Origin: Eledone cirrhosa
Taxonomy: Eukaryota
Length of the DNA: 64,000 bases
Reading direction: 5' to 3'
NCBI GenBank assembly: GCA_964016885.1
Contig: OZ024740.1
Coordinates: 93,558,001 to 93,622,000, forward strand
Shown here: piece after piece, positions 1 to 12,634 of the stretch
How positions within the stretch are numbered: the first letter of the stretch is position 1
How the letters are laid out: each line of letters opens with the position of its first letter
The notes under the pieces: generated by a model
Database searches by the model: none
What the model saw: only the letters and a program-made list of their open reading frames with translations
Told to the model about the DNA's origin: nothing
Made by a program: the position numbers and the translations under genes

Positions 1-872
1 TTTCCATTTTACCTGTGCTTTCGTATGATTAAACACAGGTATGACAGAATTAATAAAACTGTTAATTTAATTACTCCCAACTTATATGGCGTTTGATTTC
101 TCCTTCATTTTTACATAAACACTTCAATTAAAGCCCATACTTCAAGCACACAAAGATTGGTGTGAATTATGTTCAGATAATCCAAATATCTAGGACATAT
201 AAAACCATCTTACCTTTAGACTTATTTCTGCGGCTATTTATTTAACAAGTATATATTTTCTGAATATTGTCGCACTATGCTTATTTTTGAGAAAGATGTA
301 AATTTGATAACTGTTTATGAAAATATCGGGCCACTTACAACGGTTGAGTATTCTTAGTGATATGAGACTACTTTTGTAAAGACAAATATTTGGATATTGA
401 AGATCACTTTTTCGGGATCCCGTAAACAACCTTTAAAATAAACATGTCGATCTTCATTTTATTCGTTCACACTATCACTAAAACCATGCTCTCCCTTGGC
501 GTATTCCATGCATTTTTTCGTACTGCATGGTTTTTCGTTATTTATTATTAACTAGAAAATAAAGATGTAAAGAACTTTCACTTTTTATGGAAATACTGAA
601 TCATTAATATTTGAGCAATGGTTTGACTTAAGTACACGAGGAGAAAATGCATACAAATATTCAGAAAAAAATGAAATTATATTCTGCACCAATCTTTCTT
701 GGAGCAAGTGCGATCGAACTAACTCTCAATATACATTTTTTTTCTCCTTTCTTTGATATTCGCATATGTGAAGACGACAGCAAATATCATGCAAATTCTT
801 AGTTCTGCGGGAAGATGTTTAGATAAATGAAAGTTTTCAAAATGTTAGTTCTATGTTTAATCTCTCTCTAAG

Positions 873-973
873 GAAATTAATAAAATATTCGTACAGGTGA
901 AAAAAGAAATGTTTGAAAGTTCGCAGAATATATACACTCGAGGATATAACCAAAACAATCTAGATAAAATATG
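873..973 (+). CDS. Candidate host-gene internal exon (EINKIFVQVKKEMFESSQNIYTRGYNQNNLDKI-C)
   Basis: Pyrimidine-rich acceptor tctctctctaag, 101-nt stop-free frame, donor gtaatg; phase 2 end matches the candidate exon at 51933. No transcript evidence. Confidence 0.3.
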
Positions 974-1528
974 GTAATGTTTGCATGATAAAAACAGTAG
1001 AAAAAAGATTGAGAAACATGAGGAGATTGGTGAGGACTTATTTAAAACAGAAATTTCCTTGTATTCATAATCAACGTCATATGATACTAATAATTATACA
1101 TCTCAAAATATGTTGTACGCTAAACACAATGCTAATGAAATATACGAATTTACACTTCAGCTGCGACAAAACTATACTAAATATTGGTGATTGATGCACA
1201 AAAAAAATATATAATTCCCTAAAATATTTCAAAATTTGGTTGAACTCTATTTCACGTCCCAGAAAATTAAATCCATTCGACCTTCCTTACATGACGAATG
1301 TTATTTTAGGGTTATATAATATTTGCTTTATTAGAATATTGCAATAGCAATATGACAAAAAATCAGCAAGTATATGTGGCTTGAATAATATAATGAAATA
1401 TATAGTTGTAAACACCATGGCAAGTATTCAATGCAATAAAGGAATATGTCTATGGGAATAGAAATAAATATTAATCAAAGTAAACGTGACCAGAGTTTAA
1501 TTCTTTACACACGTATATATTATGTGTG

Positions 1529-1596
<68 letters not shown>

Positions 1597-1869
1597 AGAA
1601 AAACAACAGACCCTCCATCTCAACTCACCTTTTGAAAAGCAGAAGAACTGCGAAACCGGTAAAGGAATCAAATAAATATATATATATTTTTTTTTAAATA
1701 AGACTCCAGTTGCATTTTCGATTTCATCTCTTTTTCTTTATACTTTCACTCGTGCAGGACACCTCGGTTATTTTTCATTTTGTAAAAAAAACCTCACTTT
1801 CTAATATATATTTATATATATATATATATTTATTTATTGAAATAACAGATTGTTTTTCACCGCTCCAAA

Positions 1870-1985
1870 TAATTGTTTCTACATTTGGCACAAGGCCAGC
1901 AATTACCCAATGCATTACTGGTACTTTATTCTATCGACCCCGGCGGGATGTGAACTCAGATCATACAGGGAGGTAACTCTATGCT
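1870..1985 (-). mobile_element. tRNA-derived SINE, truncated and internally deleted
   Basis: Reverse complement matches the SINEs at 53320-53712 (tgagttca..., ggggtcgata..aaagtaccagt, ttgctggccttgtgcc). Confidence 0.7.
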
Positions 1986-2309
1986 TCTGTCTTTGCGCAT
2001 AATTGTTTTTCACCGCTCCAAATAATGACGTATATATTCGTTTTTTTCCCCATTCTTTGCCAAGGAACGTTTCCACGAACCAAAGTATCGTCTTCCTGTC
2101 TTCCTCCGGTTGCAACGTTTTTTTAAAATATTCATTTCTGCGTTCACAGATTGACTTTGTTAGTTTCAGAATATCCCGTTAAGGGAGAAAGCAGCGATTT
2201 TTTGCTTAAACTTTAATCTGTTATTTTAATAAATATTTGCCTTACGGTTCTTATTTATTTGATATATATTTATCCTTATCGAGCTCTCTTTGGATTTTAG
2301 TCTTCAAAT

Positions 2310-2322
<13 letters not shown>
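1984..2322 (+). mobile_element. 3'-terminal fragment of PLE family 2
   Basis: Aligns by eye with 36140-36382 and with the reverse complement of 32540-32875; ends in (TA)n. Confidence 0.75.
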
Positions 2323-2393
<71 letters not shown>

Positions 2394-2730
2394 TGTTATA
2401 CTTGGGGAGGGTCATATTTGTGTAATATTGCCAGAATTAATAACAGAACACACTCACTCATTGTTTGGTTTCCGCTTCTCTCTGTCTTTTATATCGGTAA
2501 TCTAACCTACTCGGTCCTCAATGTTGCCATTGACTGACCGACGGTCAAAAAATAATACAGATAAATATAGACACAAACACATATATATAGTTTATCATAA
2601 ATCTTTCGTTGCACATCTGCAACATCGTCAGTGGTGTTAAATTTTCCTCCTGTTGTGTTTTATGTCTACGCCATTTTTATTAGACACACGATTTCATATA
2701 AAAAACCTCGCAAAACTAATTCATCGCCGC

Positions 2731-2779
<49 letters not shown>

Positions 2780-2850
2780 AGTGGTAGCTATGGTGCTTCC
2801 GTAGGCGGTATGCCAAACTTACCACTCGCTATTCATCAGAGTGTAGATAT

Positions 2851-3056
2851 TATAAAGATAACGAAAAATCAGTGATGCATCTGGACTTAGTTTATTTGGT
2901 GTTACAAATGTTTCGCCGGTATGCAGCTCGAGTCATGGTTCTTGTATAGATCTGGCTGATTCTACTTCTGCGGGTTCTTTCAAACACGGGTGTTATGCCC
3001 GGAGCAAATGTTATCACTAACTCCAGATGCATCACTGCTTTTTCGTTTTCTTTATA
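2851..3056. repeat. Small stem-loop element with ~35-bp inverted arms enclosing a degenerate hammerhead-like core on the minus strand
   Basis: tataaagataacgaaaaatcagtgatgcatctgga ... tccagatgcatcactgctttttcgttttctttata; minus strand reads gtgt-TTGAAAGA...CGAAA-catttg-TA-acac. Confidence 0.55.
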
Positions 3057-3057
3057 C

Positions 3058-3086
<29 letters not shown>

Positions 3087-3090
<4 letters not shown>

Positions 3091-3432
3091 AATACATTAA
3101 TAAATGGAAACTATATTTATAAAACCATAATTATGTTATTATATATATTTCAAGGGCGACCAAGGTAAATTATCGTGCGCTTTCATCAGATAAAATACAG
3201 ATTTGATTTATAAATAAATATTGACATACCCGGAAAAAACAACCTCAGTGGTTGAAATTCGCTGACTGTTGAGGTTGTCTTTTTTCCGGGTATGTCAATA
3301 TTTATTTATAAAACAAATCTGTATTTTATCTGAAAAAAGCGCACCATGTTTCACCTTGGTCGCCCTTGAACTATATATAATAAAATAATTATGGTTTTAT
3401 AAATAATGTTTCCATTTATTAATATATTGTAT
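3087..3432. repeat. Fold-back (palindromic) element, ~160-bp imperfect arms
   Basis: Arms are reverse complements around ~3250-3265; the same family recurs at 37725-37860 and 38280-38405. Confidence 0.8.
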
Positions 3433-3534
3433 ATTTACCCACTAAACTGTTGAGTGCTTTATATCAGTTATAAAAAAAGTTTAAGCTTGTTGAATCCCAA
3501 CAAATTAAATATACAATCTGCATATATATATATA

Positions 3535-3914
<380 letters not shown>

Positions 3915-3998
3915 GGTAATTAATTTGTTGGAAATCCGACAAATATCTATGTTTATATATATATATGTATATATTTATAAAAATATATATATATATAC

Positions 3999-4044
<46 letters not shown>

Positions 4045-4121
4045 ATATATATATATATAAGATATAGAGGATTACATATGCAGAAACTAGACAGAACCGT
4101 AGATATATATGTGTGTGTGTT

Positions 4122-4748
4122 TTTGGCCACCATTCACGGTGTCGCTCAATGACGAATTAATTAATTTAATAATCACCAATCAGAGCAATATATAATAAAG
4201 TAAGTCCATAGAATCATTTGATAAAATATAATCTGTATTTCGTCTCCCAATTAGCATAATCAACCACATAAAAAATCATTTAAACGAGGCTATGAGTTTA
4301 AAATGTACCTATGAAGAAACAATAGATGAATAAACGATAGCAATGTTATCCGCGATATACCGCCACAGAAGATTTACCTAGTATTTCTAATAGCCCGTAG
4401 AGATTGACTAGACATATAGCTAACCATACACAATTAGGTGCAAAATCAAAGTTAGAAGAAAAAATGCACATAAACATACCAAAAACATATTTCTACCCCC
4501 GCAGGTTTCATTCGCTTTTTGGAAATATCCAATCATGTATAAATCAGCGAGATTCGAAATCATCAGGAAACAAACTCGATTGGAAAAAAGATTTTCCTCA
4601 AATGATCCCCGCCAAAAATGTATTCAAAATGGCTAAGAATTATCACATGGCCAATGGTCAAGTCAGAAATCTTGTGATTGGTGCTTGACGGCGAGTAGGC
4701 TGGTTTCTAGGAAGCGCAGCCGAATACTGCCTAAAGTTTTACTCAACA
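4122..4748 (+). repeat. Interspersed non-coding repeat (family X)
   Basis: Reverse-complement homolog at 5301-5848, direct homolog at 5165-5283, diverged homolog at 63650-64000. Confidence 0.75.
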
Positions 4749-4800
4749 TTAAGGAAGTATATAAAATATAGAGGTTTACATATACATAAACTAGATAGAT

Positions 4801-4835
<35 letters not shown>

Positions 4836-5077
4836 GTAGGAGGTGAGTTTTATTGTAGTACAATCTAAAACCACTTTTCATATGTTGATTTAAAACTGCA
4901 CTATCCACAAGTGTTTTTTAGCCTTCATATCATGTTCTCCTGTTTTATCTGATGAAAACACAAATATTATTGCATGATGATGTTTGTTTTTGAAATGCGC
5001 ATAATAAAATACATGGAACTCCTTTAACCATCTTTTGATCTTATATTATATATATATATATATATAGTGGTGGAACA

Positions 5078-5115
5078 CGAGCTGAGGATCCGCTAAGGTG
5101 AAACAATTGTTCTCG
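5078..5115 (+). ncRNA. Minimal type I hammerhead ribozyme in a solo 3' fragment of the PLE family 3 pLTR
   Basis: cgag-CTGAGGA-tccgctaaggt-GAAA-caattg-TT-ctcg: helix I cgag/ctcg, palindromic helix III; homologous to 41021-41058. Confidence 0.65.
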
Positions 5116-5164
5116 GTATGGTGAACTAACTGTTATGTAACCACTTCTATATATATATATATAT

Positions 5165-5953
<789 letters not shown>

Positions 5954-6014
5954 AAATATAAAAAAAAATAATGAATAAAACAATGAAACAGTTCCTTATA
6001 TTAAACAAAAAAAG

Positions 6015-6169
6015 TTCATTATTTAACGATCGTTTCTAGGATATATATGTGTTAGAATTGGCATGCATATTCAACAGATCTATGTACAAAATTATACAAA
6101 ATTATACAAACGATCAAAATTAAATATACATACCAAACACATATATATGCAGTCTTCAGAAATAATGAA
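6015..6169 (-). ncRNA. Type I hammerhead with extended helix II (PLE family 1, copy 1)
   Basis: Minus strand: ttcattattt-CTGAAGA-(~116 nt hairpin)-GAAA-cgatcg-TT-aaataatgaa. Confidence 0.75.
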
Positions 6170-6769
6170 ATATATTTATTGATAATAACAACAATTCAAA
6201 ATTTCAGGTCCGTTTGGGAACAGAGTTCAAATTGACCAATGAAAATACAGAAAATTGTATGCAGTTTGGTGTGTGTATATACATGTAATTAACTTCGTAC
6301 ACATATTTACATAAAGATATATGTCCACATGCATACGCATGCCAAAAAGATGTATGCAAATACAAAAATTCAAGGCTAATGTCTCTGTAAGTCTATAATC
6401 CACAGATAAAATGCGTATAGACACATAAATATGAAATAAATGTATAGACACATTCATATACTCACACATACTCGTACACTCACACACACACGCGCGTATA
6501 TGCATAAACATACACATAACTACGAACATACATACACACACACACCCCCACACACATATATATGTGCATATAGTATTATCATAAGCATATGGACATTAAT
6601 GCACGCACATAAACACTGCCACACATATTTAGATCAGGATACAGAAATTAGGTGGGAGGGGGTGAGGTCAGTATTCAACGGTTTCGGCAGACTGCCTATT
6701 TATAGATGTATCTATAAACTTAGAAATAAAAAGAAAAGAAATGAAAAAAGAAAAAAGAAATATATCAAG

Positions 6770-6817
<48 letters not shown>

Positions 6818-7394
6818 CACACATACACACACACACACACACATATATATACATATACATATATATATACACATATATACACACATACATATATATATAC
6901 ACATACATATACACATATATACACACACATATATACACACACATATATATACATACACATATACATACACACACATATATATATATACAAACAAGTAAAA
7001 TATAAAGTATACATCGATATACATACATATAGACATATAAATAAATACACACGCATACACACACATACATATACATACATATACATACACATATATATAA
7101 ACACATACATACACATACATATACATACACATACCATATAAATACACATACACATACATAGACGCATACATATAGAGACACATACATATACACATATAAA
7201 TACATAGACACATACACACATAAACACATATATATATTGGAATAAATGCTCTGAAATAGCGATATATATGTGAATATAGACATAGAATATTCGAAAATAT
7301 TCTGTATGTTTATAATAAACATTTTGAAGACCTAATCGCTATAGAATAGAATACGTCACGTATTACAATTAGATTCTCGATAAAAGCAAGGGAA

Positions 7395-7438
7395 GTAAGT
7401 CTACGCGTTTCATTCTTGTTAGAATTCATCAGGACTAC
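7395..7438 (-). ncRNA. Minimal type I hammerhead ribozyme (repeated every 311 bp: 7706, 8017, 8328, 8639, 8950)
   Basis: Reverse complement of the 9465-9508 motif, with an intact CUGAUGA/GAAA core. Confidence 0.88.
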
Positions 7439-9464
7439 ATATCCAGTGCTTTTATCGAGAATGACACAGCTAGAGACTTATAGAATACTTAGCTGTGTAC
7501 AGGAACTGGTTTGAAAGAGCGGTTGCCGGTCCGGCAGAAATTAGAAATTGGAATAAATGCTCTGAAATAGCGATATATATGTGAATATAGACATAGAATA
7601 TTCGAAAATATTCTGTATGTTTATAATAAACATTTTGAAGACCTAATCGCTATAGAATAGAATACGTCACGTATTACAATTAGATTCTCGATAAAAGCAA
7701 GGGAAGTAAGTCTACGCGTTTCATTCTTGTTAGAATTCATCAGGACTACATATCCAGTGCTTTTATCGAGAATGACACAGCTAGAGACTTATAGAATACT
7801 TAGCTGTGTACAGGAACTGGTTTGAAAGAGCGGTTGCCGGTCCGGCAGAAATTAGAAATTGGAATAAATGCTCTGAAATAGCGATATATATGTGAATATA
7901 GACATAGAATATTCGAAAATATTCTGTATGTTTATAATAAACATTTTGAAGACCTAATCGCTATAGAATAGAATACGTCACGTATTACAATTAGATTCTC
8001 GATAAAAGCAAGGGAAGTAAGTCTACGCGTTTCATTCTTGTTAGAATTCATCAGGACTACATATCCAGTGCTTTTATCGAGAATGACACAGCTAGAGACT
8101 TATAGAATACTTAGCTGTGTACAGGAACTGGTTTGAAAGAGCGGTTGCCGGTCCGGCAGAAATTAGAAATTGGAATAAATGCTCTGAAATAGCGATATAT
8201 ATGTGAATATAGACATAGAATATTCGAAAATATTCTGTATGTTTATAATAAACATTTTGAAGACCTAATCGCTATAGAATAGAATACGTCACGTATTACA
8301 ATTAGATTCTCGATAAAAGCAAGGGAAGTAAGTCTACGCGTTTCATTCTTGTTAGAATTCATCAGGACTACATATCCAGTGCTTTTATCGAGAATGACAC
8401 AGCTAGAGACTTATAGAATACTTAGCTGTGTACAGGAACTGGTTTGAAAGAGCGGTTGCCGGTCCGGCAGAAATTAGAAATTGGAATAAATGCTCTGAAA
8501 TAGCGATATATATGTGAATATAGACATAGAATATTCGAAAATATTCTGTATGTTTATAATAAACATTTTGAAGACCTAATCGCTATAGAATAGAATACGT
8601 CACGTATTACAATTAGATTCTCGATAAAAGCAAGGGAAGTAAGTCTACGCGTTTCATTCTTGTTAGAATTCATCAGGACTACATATCCAGTGCTTTTATC
8701 GAGAATGACACAGCTAGAGACTTATAGAATACTTAGCTGTGTACAGGAACTGGTTTGAAAGAGCGGTTGCCGGTCCGGCAGAAATTAGAAATTGGAATAA
8801 ATGCTCTGAAATAGCGATATATATGTGAATATAGACATAGAATATTCGAAAATATTCTGTATGTTTATAATAAACATTTTGAAGACCTAATCGCTATAGA
8901 ATAGAATACGTCACGTATTACAATTAGATTCTCGATAAAAGCAAGGGAAGTAAGTCTACGCGTTTCATTCTTGTTAGAATTCATCAGGACTACATATCCA
9001 GTGCTTTTATCGAGAATGACACAGCTAGAGACTTATAGAATACTTAGCTGTGTACAGGAACTGGTTTGAAAGAGCGGTTGCCGGTCCGGCAGAAATTAGA
9101 AATTGGAATAAATGCTCTGAAATAGCGATATATATGTGAATATAGACATAGAATATTCGAAAATATTCTGTATGTTTATAATAAACATTTTGAAGACCTA
9201 ATCGCTATAGAACGAGAATCTAATTGTAATACGTGACGTATTCTATTCTATAGCGATTAGGTCTTCAAAATGTTTATTATAAACATACAGAATATTTTCG
9301 AATATTCTATGTCTATATTCACATATATATCGCTATTTCAGAGCATTTATTCCAATTTCTAATTTCTGCCGGACCGGCAACCGCTCTTTCAAACCAGTTC
9401 CTGTACACAGCTAAGTATTCTATAAGTCTCTAGCTGTGTCATTCTCGATAAAAGCACTGGATAT

Positions 9465-9508
9465 GTAGTCCTGATGAATTCTAACAAGAATGAAACGCGT
9501 AGACTTAC
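9465..9508 (+). ncRNA. Minimal type I hammerhead ribozyme (inverted arm of the 311-bp array)
   Basis: gtagtc-CTGATGA-attct-aaca-agaat-GAAA-cgcg-TA-gacttac; helix II attct/agaat; palindromic helix III; enclosed by a perfect 16-bp stem 9441-9456/9515-9530. Confidence 0.9.
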
Positions 9509-9706
9509 TTCCCTTGCTTTTATCGAGAATCTAATTGTAATACGTGACGTATTCTATTCTATAGCGATTAGGTCTTCAAAATGTTTATTATAAACATACA
9601 GAATATTTTCGAATATTCTATGTCTATATTTACATATATATATATATATATATATATTTTTTTTACACACATATACACATACACGCATACATATATATAT
9701 ATATAC

Positions 9707-9773
<67 letters not shown>

Positions 9774-9850
9774 TATATACACTCACAACACTCGTATATA
9801 TATACACACTCATACATATACACACATATACATATACATATATATATATG

Positions 9851-9881
<31 letters not shown>

Positions 9882-10031
9882 ATATATATACATATATATA
9901 CAGTCACACCTACATACATATATATATATAAATACACTCATATATATACACACATACACATACATACCCACATATAAATATATATATATACATAAATATA
10001 TATATATATACACACATACACACATACACAT

Positions 10032-10096
<65 letters not shown>

Positions 10097-10210
10097 CATA
10101 CACATACATACACATATATACACATACATATATACTCACACACACACACCTACACATACATACACATACACATATATAAAGATACATATACACACACACA
10201 CATATAATAA

Positions 10211-10241
<31 letters not shown>

Positions 10242-10559
10242 TATACATATACATACATATATACATACATACATACATATACATACATATATATACACAC
10301 ATATACATACACACATACACACATACATACATACACACACACATACATACACACACATACATACTCATACATAGACATAGATATATACTCACACACACAT
10401 ACGCACTTACATATACGCATATATACAAATACATACACATCCATATATGCGTATATACATACAAACACCACTACACGCTCACCTCAACTCAGACATACAA
10501 AGAAAAAGGTATATACATATACATATATACACATATAAATAGAGATACATATACACATA

Positions 10560-10591
<32 letters not shown>

Positions 10592-10691
10592 CCCACACAC
10601 ACGTACAACCATAAACACACATACAAACACATACATACACACATACATACATATATATACACACACACAAAGACACACATACATATATATA

Positions 10692-10737
<46 letters not shown>

Positions 10738-11000
10738 CATACACATACACACACACATATATATAGACATGCACACACATACATACATACATACATACAC
10801 ATACATATATATTAAAAAAAAAAAAAAAAAAAAAATGAATACACACAGTCAGACAAATATGCACACACATACATATACATATATGTATATATATATATAT
10901 ACACACACACACATACACACACACATACATATATATACACACATACATACACACACACATATATATACATACATATACACACATCAACTACAAATATACA

Positions 11001-11035
<35 letters not shown>

Positions 11036-11345
11036 TATACATATTTTCACATATATATATATATACATATATTATATTATAATAATAAATAATATATATA
11101 TATATATATATATATAGACATACATATATATACACACACACACACTCACATATATATGCTCACATACGTACACATATACACATACACACATATACACATA
11201 GACATATACATGTGCATACATGTACATACACACATATACCCACATAGATACAAAGATACACATATATATAGAGAGACATACATATACATACACATATATA
11301 CACACACACATACATACACACATATATATATATACATACACGTAT

Positions 11346-11430
<85 letters not shown>

Positions 11431-12634
11431 CACACAATCATACACCCTTATTTGCATGCGCATATATGTATTTTTATACTTACAAATAAACACCCAAACA
11501 TATATACACCTACCTACATATACATACATACATACACGCTTACAAATACAAATAATAATAGTAGGGGGGGAAAGGGGGGGGAGAAGGGGATTATAGTAAA
11601 TATATGTTTCAAGAAACATAGAATATTAATCTGTATTTGGATCTCAATATGTGTTTACATAGTTTCAGTATTAGGAAATGCAAGAAAGAAGGCAAAATTA
11701 TGCATTTCAATATAAGTATACCATTAATTATAGGTTAACTAAACTAAAGATAGTTAATATATTGATTTCTAAGGTGTAAATTACTTAGGTTTATAATATT
11801 TGAAGCAGAATTTTGAAGTTAAATAGTAGTAGAGTATTAATTATAGTATAACTAAATTAAAATGAATAACGTTATGGTATCAATATTAGGAAATGAATTT
11901 AGTAATAGGGAAAAAACAAATAAAGTATTACATCGGTAGTAGAATATAAATTATAGGTTAACTAAATTAAAAATGATATATTAATTTCTATAGTATATGT
12001 TAATTAGGTATATAATAAATAAAACAGATATTGTATAATATCAATAGTAGAATATAATTATATGTAAACAGAAATTAAAATTAATACATACACATATACA
12101 TATACATACATATATATATATACACATATATATACATACATACACATACACATATATACATACATATACATATTTTTTCAAAAATTGCAAAGAATATATT
12201 AACTAGGTATACATCCAAAACCCATCCCATTCTATGATTACATGACACTCTGCAATCCGTCTGTATTAGGATACTATTTTTAAGCCAATTAAATTAAATT
12301 TTTAGGTTAACCAAATTTAAAACCAAATTATAAATATATTTCTAAAATGTATATTAATTAGGTCTATAATACTAAAAATTATTTCTCTGTCATTGAATAC
12401 ACGATATTTTGTTATATTTTATCTGTAAAGGAATTTTAATAAAGGGTTAAATAAATTAAAATTAATCTATAAATTAAATTACTAAGTATATATTAGTAAT
12501 ATTTAAAGGTTTTTCACAATTTATGATTACACAATATTTTATATTCTCATCTGTAGTAGAATTTTAATTAAATTAAATTTATAGTTTAACTAACATTTAA
12601 ATTAAATTATATATTAATTTCTAAAATAATGTTA

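Larger units (their letters stand above)
7237..9640. mobile_element. Retrozyme-like non-coding insertion: ~6.35 tandem 311-bp units (ribozyme sense minus) plus ~1.35 inverted units (sense plus)
   Basis: Unit starts at 7237, 7548, 7859, 8170, 8481, 8792 and 9103; inversion at 9212/9213; sits in a (TA)n tract that is empty in the sister copies (16631-16658, ~23640, ~30890); one hammerhead per unit. Confidence 0.92.

Noticed and set aside
238-429. 63-aa minus-strand ORF
   Set aside because: Short, non-ATG start, no recognisable domain.
1849-2026. 25-bp duplication around the SINE as a target-site duplication
   Set aside because: The second copy is separated from the SINE end by extra PLE-derived bases, so a clean TSD cannot be asserted.
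7237-9212. CRISPR array or ordinary satellite interpretation of the 311-bp repeats
   Set aside because: Whole units are identical with no unique spacers, there are no cas genes and the context is eukaryotic; the ribozyme, inversion and empty sites point to a mobile RNA-derived unit.
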